Shown: positions 13,339-25,165 of the stretch, in pieces
Layout: each line of letters opens with the position of its first letter
Position numbering within the stretch: position 1 is the first letter of the stretch
DNA from: the human T2T-CHM13v2.0 reference genome, Homo sapiens
Assembly: GCF_009914755.1 (NCBI RefSeq)
Contig: NC_060938.1
Length of the DNA stretch: 64,000 nucleotides
Strand: one strand, 5' to 3'
Notes under the pieces: model-generated
Seen by the model: the letters and a program-made list of their open reading frames with translations, nothing else
Databases searched by the model: none
Told to the model about the DNA's origin: nothing
Program-made: the position numbers and the translations under genes

Positions 13339-14739
13339 TCACTGGGTGCCTACCTTGTGCCAGAGAATGTACAGATCATGTTGGCCACAAGGATGAACGG
13401 ACATGGTCCTTGACCCCCAGGGAATTTGCACTTTAGTGGAAGAGAAAGAAGGGAGTAAGACACTATATTACAGAAGGCTAGATGCTGAGGTAGCTCCAAG
13501 CACCACGACTCCCTGGGGTGAGGATGGCCATACTCTCTCCAGCTGGGCATTGCTGGAGGTTTGGCCTACATGAGGTAAATGTCAAGGACTAGAAGAGCAT
13601 GAAGAAACAGGAGGGGGGATCCAAAGGCCCTTGACCTTTAGGCTCTCTGCGGGGGCCATGTGGGCCCAGAGAGGCTGGGTCTCAGCCCTACCCATCACGT
13701 CCTTGCATTCCCACTGGGAGCCCAGGCTCCGCCCCTGCCTTCCACCCTGTGTGCACATCCCCCCGCAGCCCTAGCCCTATCCCTGCAGCTGGGTGGGCTC
13801 ATCTCTCTCCCCTCAGCTGCTCCCTGTCCACCAACTGCCCTCAGAGCCCTCTGGGCTTCCTCCACATGGTCACAAGCACTCCTGCCTCTAATCGAAGACA
13901 CGGTGAATGAGAGAAGATGGAAGAGGGGAGGTGGTTGCAATGGGAGGCAAATAGGAGAGAAACCCAAACTAGACCTATCTTACTATTATTCTTCCCTGAG
14001 CCTTGAAACCTGGGTCTCTGCCTCTCATCCCTTCTCATAAATGTTCCAAGCAACACTCCATCCTCCACCCAGGCACTTCCGTAATGTTCTACAAGAGCAA
14101 CTCTTCTGCCCCTTGTCAAACCCGGGGTCGGGGAGGCACCAGGAGGTGAAGGCACTGACCAGGAGCCCCTGCATGACTCTGTGATGCGAGACCTCCAGTC
14201 TCCCACCACCCTGCTGGCCCCACACTTCATCCCTACAAAGAAGGCGGCTTCCCACTAGGGGGTGTAGATTACTGGCCTCACAGGTCAGAAGCTTAGGAAG
14301 AATAAATCTTGTTTACAGAAATAAAAGATTTACCTAGGCCAGGACTGACAAGCTCAAGTGCCTACAGGGAGCTGGTGGGAAAACCCCAATAGGAGAAAAG
14401 TCGGGACCAGGCAGGAACTATGGTGACCTGCAGAACAAGAGCCCCATCTAAGGCAGAGGGCAAATCCTCAGCCCCAGCAACTGATGCCATGTAAGAAACT
14501 GGGTCCAATAACTACATAGAAGCTGGAAATGCAGATTTGCACGTGGCAACCAAGCTAAATTGTAAATAAACACAGGGGACTTCTGCTTTGCCTCCTCCTC
14601 TGATCTGGACAGGAACTTCTGCAAACTACAGAAAAGCAAGAGCCCTGCTGGGAAGGGCAGGGCTTAAAGCTGGTGTTAGAGGCAGGATGGGGACAGCCTC
14701 TTACATAGGAACACACAGCCTGATTTAAATGAGGGGCAT

Positions 14740-14998
14740 GACTGGGCATGGTAGCTCATGCCTGTAATCCCAGTGCTTTGGAAGGCCAAGACAGGTGGAT
14801 CACTTGAGGTGAGACGTTCTAGCTAGACCAGCCTGGGCAACATAGCAAGACCCAGTCTCTGCAAAAAATTTAAAAATTAGCTGGGCGTGGTGGCATGCAG
14901 GTGTAGTCCTAGCTACTCAGAGGCTGAGGCAAGAGGATTGCTTGAACTCAGGAGTTCGAGGCTGCAGTGAGCTGTGGTAGCACCACTGTAAGAAAAAG
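14740..14998 (+). mobile_element. Alu (J-like)
   Basis: Diverged consensus just upstream of the last GALNT16 exon. Confidence 0.88.
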
Positions 14999-15143
14999 GT
15001 CATGCCTAAAAAGAAAGGAGGAGGGGGATGTGTCCTAGTTATATACAAGGGCTGTGTGCATACATGTGGAATGAAAGTACAACATTATTTTTTTAAATCA
15101 TTGTTTTCTCCTTCCTCTTCTAACCCATCTCTGTTCCTCCTAG

Positions 15144-15281
15144 AAATGGAGGAGAAAAGGATCTTTCATCCAGCATTCAGTCAGTGGCCTCTGCCTGGAG
15201 ACAAAGCCTGCCCAGCTGGTGACCAGCAAGTGTCAGGCTGACGCCCAGGCCCAGCAGTGGCAGCTGTTGCCACACACATGA
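15144..15281 (+). CDS. GALNT16: GALNT16 last coding exon: lectin gamma repeat and stop
   Basis: tag|AAA...; KWRRKGSFIQHSVSGLCLETKPAQLVTSKCQADAQAQQWQLLPHT* with TGA at 15279-15281; terminal QQW ricin motif. Confidence 0.96.
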   Translation, partial: KWRRKGSFIQHSVSGLCLETKPAQLVTSKCQADAQAQQWQLLPHT

Positions 15282-16337
15282 CGGTAGCCCTGGGGCCTCC
15301 TGTACCTTTTGCATGAGACTTCGGGACCGGAAGGGGGTTAGGGTGGGGGAGTGCAAAGTGGGCTGTTCCCATCTCCTCACATTTCTGCCAGGACCATCAG
15401 CAAATACCCACCATGACACACGTTCTCCAAAGCTTGTTCTAGGAGGGCGCAGGCGGGCACGCCCCGATGCCCTCAGTGCTGTCCTGGCCTTGCCCCGGGA
15501 GAGGAGATGGTCAGGGTGCTGGACTGTTGCTGGGTAGAGACTGAGTAGGTGCCCCTGGCCCTTTGTCCTCTCCCTTGGCGCTTCTTGGGGCTGGGACAAT
15601 AGTGTGTGGTCTCTCCCTTGTTGCCCGGAGAAAGCAAGGACAGAAGCCCACACAGGGGTCTTTTGGGTCATGAGGCCCAGCTGTGCAGGCAGGCAGGGCC
15701 AGGGGAAATTGGGCAGCATGGATGGAGAGGCTGAAGGCTGGGAAGAGGGAAGGGGAGAGGGGCAGCCTGCAGGGGTAGCTGAAGAACAGGAAGGAGGTGA
15801 GAAGCCCGGTGACCTGTCAGAGATGCCAAGCCCAGGGTGGCACTGGGTTGGGTGGGGACGGATGGTGTCTTGGCAGCAAAGGATGGGTAATTTGCAAATG
15901 AACATGGATAGAAGAGCAGCAAAGCACCAAAAGAACAAGGTCTCTTACCCAGGACACAGTCCCTTCCACACTTTACCAGCCCCAGGGTCTGAGCCCGACG
16001 CTGCCTCTTCCGGTCCTGTGCCTGTGGGTGCCCACATTCTTAGCAAGAGGCTGCAGAGGGATCTTTAGGGGAAGATTCGGGCGTAGTTTATTAAACAGAC
16101 TCCACTTCTATTTGGCCATGTGTCAGGCTGAGACCTCTCTCTCGGGCATTAATGAACAGCTAGTGCCCTGTCCCTGCCGCCAGGACCCACTGAAAGGACG
16201 GGTAGCCACACACATCCCTGAGTAGTCCCAGCCTCGTTTGTCATTTTTGACTCCTGCTTTCTCAAAGGTTTTTGCCTCTGTCAATACAGCATCATGGGTG
16301 GTTGGAAAGAAGGGAACTTCCCTTCTGGACCAAGAAC

Positions 16338-16445
16338 AGCCCCTAAGTCATTAGGGTTCAACCTCACCCTTATTCCCCTCCCCGCTACAGGAGCCCCTAA
16401 GTCATTAGGGCTCAACCTCACCCTTATTCCCCTCCCTACTACAGG
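16338..16445 (+). repeat. 54-bp tandem duplication (2 copies) in the GALNT16 3'UTR
   Basis: Units 16338-16391 and 16392-16445 differ at 3 positions. Confidence 0.95.
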
Positions 16446-17556
16446 AGGGATTTTCTTGAAGGGTCAGCTATTGCACTGTGCTGGGAGGCTGGCTGTGGCT
16501 CCTGTTTGTGAAGAGAACTCCCAGTTCCTTTTCACAGCCGCTGAGAACACATCCACACATCTACCCCACGGCCTTGTCTTGGAACTGCTCCTGCTATCCC
16601 CACACCCTGCTTCCTCACCCCACTGGCTCTTGGGCAAATGACTGTTGGTACCAGGACCCTGGGGGTCTCCCCTACAAAGCAGACCAGCCTGGGGCAGATA
16701 TACCTACCACAGGAGCCCCCTGTCTTTCATAGGCCAAGGATCCACATACCCATAGAGTTCATGGATTCTAGAGGGTCTAGGAATCTCTTGAAATTGTCCC
16801 TAAAATACTGCATGTGTGTGCATACATGCATTTTCCTGGGGAAAAAGTCCATGGCTTCTAAAAGAGGTCCCTGATCCCCAAAGGGCCTGAACCTCTGCTC
16901 TGGATTGAAGCCACTGTCTGCCCAAGCTGCCACCCCCTAATCTTCCTCCCTGGCGTGCTCAAACTGCCATCGCCTGCTCCCTCCACACGGCCCTTGGGGT
17001 CAGCAGCCAAGTGTCTGTGGTCCGCAGCACCTGCTCTGGAGGGCTCTCCAGCAGTTTCGCCTCCTGACTCTCACCAGCGTCCTCTCGGCAGCACTCCCGT
17101 GCCCAAGCGCACCCCTCTGGACTTGCCAGCGCAGGCCCCTTCGCTCCCAGGGCCATGCTTTGCCTGTCCTCTGTCGTGATGTTTCTTCCGCAGCCAGGTG
17201 CAGCCTCAGATCCCCTGTTCATCTGGGAAGCCTCCTGCCACAGCTTAGGACAGAACTGGGCCCAGGGCAAAGGCCTCTCCCCAGAGGATGGACTAGAAGG
17301 CCTGGGCCACACTCGGGCATGGACCTTTGGGGCTGGGGAGCAGGGGCTGCGCCTGTTGAATGTAAGAGGACTGCTGACCAGAGGGCCTTCAAGAGGGTCT
17401 CTCTGTCCTTTGCTGTGGTCAGATCAGGCTCTGCACTTATCAGCCGGTCCTTTGTGGCAACGCAGCCCTGTTCTGTTTTTGCTTTTCCTCTTCTTGACCA
17501 AAGCATGTGCCACTAGCTGTCCTTGAGGACCTCGTCTTTATGAAACACACACCTGG

Positions 17557-17562
17557 AATAAA
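17557..17562 (+). terminator. Polyadenylation signal AATAAA (GALNT16)
   Basis: Canonical hexamer ~2.3 kb after stop; further AATAAA at 18216-18221 and 20140-20145. Confidence 0.75.
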
Positions 17563-19466
17563 ACCACTTCTTACATGTCCACATGCACCAGCGCCTTCCT
17601 TTCTGCCTCCAGGCCTAGCCCTTCAGCACACCCTCCCCCGCCTCGTGGGGAAAGTCCGGGCCTCCTTTCTGTAAAAGTGAAACTGAACATGCTCAAGTCT
17701 AGCCCTGTCCTGCACCTGGTAGCTTGCTCGTCGGCCTCCATGCCCTGTGGTGCCCCAGGAACTCCTGACTGCTCTGGTGGGGGCCAACAGGTGGCCCTAC
17801 TGCAAGGGCAGGCCTTGGACCAAAACCAGGAATCAGCACAGGTCAGGTGGAGCCCAGGCTCCTGTGGCCTCATTATGGGATTCTACTTGGGGCTTAGAAA
17901 TGGAAAGCAAATTGCTTCTCCAAATAGGTATTGCCCTGCCGCCGTGCTTGCCTTTAGCCAGCCCTCTCTCCTTCCCTGTGAGCCAGGCCTGTCCCCTCGG
18001 AGCTGCCCTCCCCTGCTCTACCACACAAGAAGGCAGTGGTACAAATTCAGGCAGGACATACTTCCTGGGTAAAAACAGCAAAATAATTCTGAAAAGAGTC
18101 TTACCAGACCAGCTTTGCTTGATTGGGTAGCAGATGCTCTGCCTAATGTTCCCATGGAAACCAATGGAAAACCCCCACCATGTCTGTGATCAGAAGCTGA
18201 ACCTACCCAGGTAAAAATAAACGCTGCTTCAACATACATATGAACTGCAGCTGGCAGGCCAGCACACCACTAGCCTCTCCTGGACGCAACCATTTCTGCC
18301 CTCAGCCCCACTTTGCCGTGGGGCTGCTGATCTGGAGTTACCCAGAACTTCTGACCCCTGGGCCTGAGGAGCCTGGAGCAAAGCCCTAGCTGGCTGCAGA
18401 GAATACACCTTGGCTACAATGTCCAGCTTGGTCTGGGCTTAGGAGCAAGTCACTGTAAAAGACCTTGGCTGCAGCCTCCATTCCCCCATCCACCCCTCCG
18501 TCCTCTCAGGGAGCACAGCCCACCACCCACCGCCTACTCAGGGCTCCCTCCTGGCGCGCTGAGCCCCATTTCCACTCTGCATCTATTTTCACCCTCAGCC
18601 TTGGAGGGCTCTGGTGCTTGCTTCTCCTGAGTCAGGCTCTCTCCTCTTGCTTGCTCTCCTCCAAACCTACCTCTCCCAAAGCCCATTTTCTGTGCCACCC
18701 AGTTTTTTCCCTAGGAGATAAGGCTGTCAGCCTTTAGCCAGGCCCTGGAGGAATCAGCAAAAGCCCCAGGCTGGGTATTAACAGTTACGTCACTGGCAGG
18801 AGAGTCCCCCGAAAGCCTATGGGCAGGGCAGCAGAAGGGACTTCTGCACCAGGGCCAGACTCCCATTTGTACAGCAGGGAGCAGTTCCTGAGGATCCCTG
18901 GGCCTCTGTGACTTGGCGTCAGTTTTTACAAGGGCTGTTCCCCCTGGCCCCTCAGGAAGGCTGTCTCCATCTGCAGTTGGGAGAAATAACCTGGACAATA
19001 TGACTGTCGTCCCAGGGTTCCAGCACCCCAAGGCCTGCGGGGGATGTCTCCCAGCACTGCATGGGGTGTGGTCCTTCTCCCACCAGGGAACAGGAAAGGA
19101 AACCTGGAAGGGAAAGGCTGGCATTTATAACGTCTGTAATTTCATTGCCAACAATGTTCTCAGTGTGTTTGGTATTTGTGTGTCCCTGTGATGGTCTGAG
19201 TCAGTGCTCCTCCAGAAGGAGGGGGCAACCCAGCCAGCTTCTCTAATGGGAAGAGGTCTTCACTGCCAGGCACTTAGGAAAGACCTGGAGATGGATCAGG
19301 GGAGGGCCTACTCTCCTGGGCTGGCAGCTGGGCTGTCTGAGTAGCCGACCTGGACTGAGGCTCCAGAGCCATCTGAGGACAATTTCTCCTGCTTAATTCA
19401 GCCCTGTGAAGCGTGGAGAAGAGTGTACTAGGGGTGTGGACTCTTGGGTCTTTAAGACCCATTCAA

Positions 19467-19989
<523 letters not shown>

Positions 19990-22877
19990 TGAGCTCTTGA
20001 ATAAGTTATCATCTCTCAGCCTTGATTTCTTTACCTGTTAAATGGGGTACTCATAGCCGTAAAGGATTTTTTTGTGAAGCCTGATCGCAAAGCATCTGGC
20101 CCTTTCCAAATGCTTAATCAATATGTCATTACTATTATTAATAAACATTTTCTGAGTGCCTGCTACATGCCAAACACTTTGCTAGGGGTGATGACACAAA
20201 TGTAAACAAGACAGAAACGGTCCCTGCCCTCGAGAACAAATATTCTAGCAGAGGAGATGGACCAATCAGCAGCAACTGTGATACCACATGTTAAAAGCTA
20301 CAGGGGAAGGCAGGAGCTATGGGAGCAAGGAGAGGGAGCTCTCACCCAGAGCGTCAGTGAGTTGGTGCTCTCTCTCCAGAAGATGATGCTTCCAGGACAG
20401 CTTGAAATGACATTCCAGGCAATGCCTGCCTCAGGCTGGATAAAGGTTGGACTGGATAAGGTCTGGTGAAGTCCACTGGCCACACTAGCAGAGATGGCAA
20501 TTCAGCTGGTACCTTGCTGGGTGGCCTGGGCTTTTTACCCTGCAGGCAGCATTGTGGTGACGTAGACCAGCCTGTTACAACAGGAGAATTCTAGAAGGAA
20601 GCTGTGGGAGCCATTTCAACCCCAACAGACACAGCCTGTGCTTCTTGAGCTAGGGACCATTCCTCCAGGGCTCGGTATTCTTCCTTCGGGAAGGTGGGTC
20701 TAGTTGGTACGGGAATTAGTGATCCTTCTCTGGAGAGAAGGGATACTCATGGTGGAGGCGTTCCAGGAAAGACTTGTTTTTGCCTGGCTCTCAGGTTGCT
20801 TCTGATCCCCTCAAGCCATCTGAAAACAAAGCCGGTCTTTCAACAATTTGTCTTTCAAATATGTGTCTCTTAAGATGTGGTCCAGATAACCTGCTCAGTA
20901 TCCCTGGAGGGATTGTAGACCTGTATGCTCCTGGGTCTGACCCAGACGGGGAGGCTTAGAATTCCTGTGTTTGTATTGAGTGGTCCAAGTGATGCGTTTG
21001 CACATTTAAGTCCCATGCACCAGGAAGGAGAGCTGGAGGCCCAGAGAGGGGAAGCTGTGCAGGAGAGAATCAGAATGAGCTGGGCCCTGGATTGAGTACC
21101 CTGACACTCAGCACTGGACTCACTACAAGAGGGAGAAGCCAGGGGGAAAGAAGGCTACCCTTGTACTCCTTACTGTACTTCCCCAGGAGCCAGAAGAATG
21201 TAGGGACCACATCTTGGACCCGGAGGTCTGAGCCCAGCAGTGGTGGAGAGTCCCCAGCTGGGAGACCCTCAGTTGGATGGGAAACTAGGGATGGCAGGAG
21301 AGTCTGGGGGACTCTCTGGCAGGAGAACCAGGAGGTAAGAGTCTCTGGAGACAGTTGCTCTAGGGCCACCTCGATGGGGTCTCTGTCTGGGCCCCTCCCC
21401 ACAGTTTGAGTCAGAGATGGCTCTCAGCATGGCAGGAGGCTTGCTCCTCTCCCCGTGGGTGGACTGCAGTTCCCACAACCCTGTCAGGCAGCTGCAGAGC
21501 TCCAGGTTTCTCTGCCCACAAGGGCAGGGGCTGCCCCTCGCCCAGGATGACTCTGCCTTCCAGAGCCTTGGCCTCCCTGGGGGTGGGAGTGTGGGGGATG
21601 CTAAGGTTAAATCAGGTCACAGTAAGTTGTGGGGGCAGCAGGTGGAGCAGCAGAGTGGCACTGGGAGCTTTCTCTTGGGTGTGCGGTGTGGCCTTGGTTC
21701 TGCAGCCATCAGGTGGGGGCTTGGGACTGACTTCTCCTTCTGAAGGATGCTGGGAAGGTGAGCTGGCTTTGGCAGTGCTTAGAGCTCCGGGGGGTTCCCC
21801 CTCCTAGAACATGCAAGCTCTCACACCGGTGCGTCATCATCACACCCATCATCAAGCCCACAGTGGTATACTGAACACCTGCCCCACAAAGACGGTGGAA
21901 TGCTCTCAGAGGAGCCCCATGAACCACCGATGGTTACAACTATCCAATGCCTGATGGCAGACAGCCAGGCCAACCTCGGCTTCCACTCTCTCTTCCTCAC
22001 CCTACAATCAGCCAAAGTGACCTGAGTCGTGTAGTGCGAAGTTGCTTTCTGCTTTCTCTTGTTTGTGCTTTTGCTGTTTCTTCTGCCCCATACTTTGTTA
22101 ACTCCATGAGTTAAATGCTACCCATTTTCCCAGACAAGTGCTGCTTCTGCAAGGAAACCCTTCCTGATCCCCCACCTGTCTGAAAAGTACCTCTCCAGCT
22201 TGCTTCTTCAGGGTGCTGAGCGTTCCTTCCCAGCCTGTCATCACCTTCCTCCATACGCTATGGTGTGTTCCTGTCTTCTCTAGTCTTGTCCTCTTTTTTC
22301 TGTTAGATTGTAGCTCCTTGCTGACAGGAACCACGCCTGCTCCAGCTTCATACCTCCCACTGCTACAGCACAGAACCTGCTTCTCAGACTTACAGCAAAT
22401 GTTTGTTTGCTGAATGAATTAATTAAAGATAAAGCATTCTAACTGGGTTTGTTTTTGTTTTGCTTTGTCTTTTAATGATAAAGCATTTTGGCATTTAGGA
22501 ATTAGTACACTGCATATAGAAAGCACGCAATATACACTTGTCCATTTTTCGTCTCACTTCTTACAAGTTTGATATTGCCACAACTCCGCCCTCCCTATTC
22601 ATTAGTTGTCTCAACAGCAATGTGTTGGTGATGCTGAGGACTGACACAGATTGAGCACTTTCTGGGTACCCAGAATCTTAGTAAGGCTACCATATGCACT
22701 CCAATGAGGTAGGTTCTCATACACTCACTTTATGGATGAGGAGGGGAGGCTCAGTTGAGAGAAGAAATTTGCCCAAGGATAAACAGCTAGGTTTAAACTC
22801 ACTCTCACAGGAGCATGTGTCAATGGTCCCACAGACCAGCCCCTTCAGCTGGGAACTTATTAGAAATGTAAACTCTG

Positions 22878-23750
<873 letters not shown>

Positions 23751-24863
23751 AAAGAAGAAGAAGAAGGAGAAGAAAAGAGAAGAGAGGAGAGGAGAGAAGA
23801 ATAGAAGAAAAAAAAGGAAAGAAAAAAGAAAAGAAAAGAAATGAAGAAATGCAAACCCTTGGGCCCCACTCAGACCTACTGAATCAGAAACTCTGGGGGT
23901 GGGGCCAGCCCTCTGAGTTTAACAAGCCTCTTGGGGATTCTGATGCATGCTCAGGTTTGAGAGCCACTGTTCTGGTGACTGAGATGGGTTCTGGTCCCCT
24001 GACGGGGCCACGTGTCACCACGTGGTGCAGAAGGCTCAGAGAGCTGGGTGCTGCGGGCCCTGCCCCTGCTAAGCAAGCTGCCTGCCACAGAGCTCTGGGC
24101 AGTGATGGATCACTCTGAGGCGGAGGGAGAGTGGGCACTGGGCTGGGCTGAGGGTTGCCACTGAACCAGCTGCCACATGCCAGCCTCGCTTTGCATGATT
24201 TATGAGTTTCTTCCCCAATACCAGCCACATATGGTTGACTTCATTCTAGAAGAGCTTCTGCCTCAGAAGATCTATTAATCAAGGAATCAGTGCTGCATCC
24301 TCCAGCCTGCAGGACAGGCATACATTTTACCGTGAGTTACATGGCAAAGCCCTTTCTATGAGTACTCCATTCAATGACATTTATAACTGGTCCTGTCAGT
24401 CACTGACCAAACACTGAGACACACATTTTATCTTCTTTGATCTTTACAACTCTATCAGGTAGGTATTTTCAATACCACCCCATTTACAAACTAGATATCA
24501 AAGCCCAGAGAAGTTAACATATCTGCCCAAGATTACCCAGCTGGCAGGATGGAGGGCCAGGATTTAAAATCATGAAGTCTGATCCAGGGTCCATGCTCCT
24601 TGCTGCTCCTTATTGCCTTTCACCCATCAGTCTGTATATTCATAGAACACTGACATGTTTGTACTGTTATCCCCATGTTGCACTTGAGGACACTGAGGCC
24701 CTGTGCAAAGCTCTAACAGGCTGAGAGCTTTTGTCCCCACATCCCGTATCCTTACATGGCTGATTCTTAGAATGGAGGTAGGATGAGCCAACGTTGGTTC
24801 CACAATCATCATTTTGCAGATGTAGAAACAGGATGAGAGGCTAAAGCACCTAAAGTCACAGGG

Positions 24864-25165
24864 GGCCCAGTGCGGTGGCTCACACCTGTAATCCCAGCAC
24901 TTTGGGAGGCCGAGGCAGGTGGATCACCTGAGGTCAGGAGTTCAAGACCAGCCTGGCATGGATGGCGAAACTCCGTCTCTACTAAAAAAACAATAATTAG
25001 CCAGGTGTGGTGGCGCATGCCTATAATCCCAGCTCCTCAGGAGGCTGAGGCAGGAAAAATGCTTGAACCTGGGAGGCAGGGACTGCAGTAAGCCGAAATC
25101 ACGCCACTGCACTCCAGCCTGGGTGACAGAATGAGACTCCATCTCAAAATAAATAAATAAATAAT
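24864..25165 (+). mobile_element. Alu (S-like)
   Basis: Consensus; TSD TAAAGTCACAGGG. Confidence 0.94.

Larger units (their letters stand above)
15282..17580 (+). other. GALNT16: GALNT16 3'UTR (to proximal poly(A) site; end approximate)
   Basis: Follows stop codon; first AATAAA I found downstream is at 17557-17562. Confidence 0.75.

Noticed and set aside
15177-15938. 253-aa antisense ORF over the GALNT16 last exon/3'UTR
   Set aside because: Low-complexity P/S-rich translation of GC-rich UTR; no domain, promoter or splice support
16338-16445. Short direct repeats (also 34187-34250) as a CRISPR-like array or interstitial telomere
   Set aside because: Only two adjacent units with no spacers; single hexamers rather than (TTAGGG)n arrays; eukaryotic context
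21092-21807. Overlapping 105-133 aa ORFs downstream of GALNT16
   Set aside because: Mostly non-ATG starts, G/S/W-biased composition, no homology I can recognise; only the splice and poly(A) signals were retained as findings
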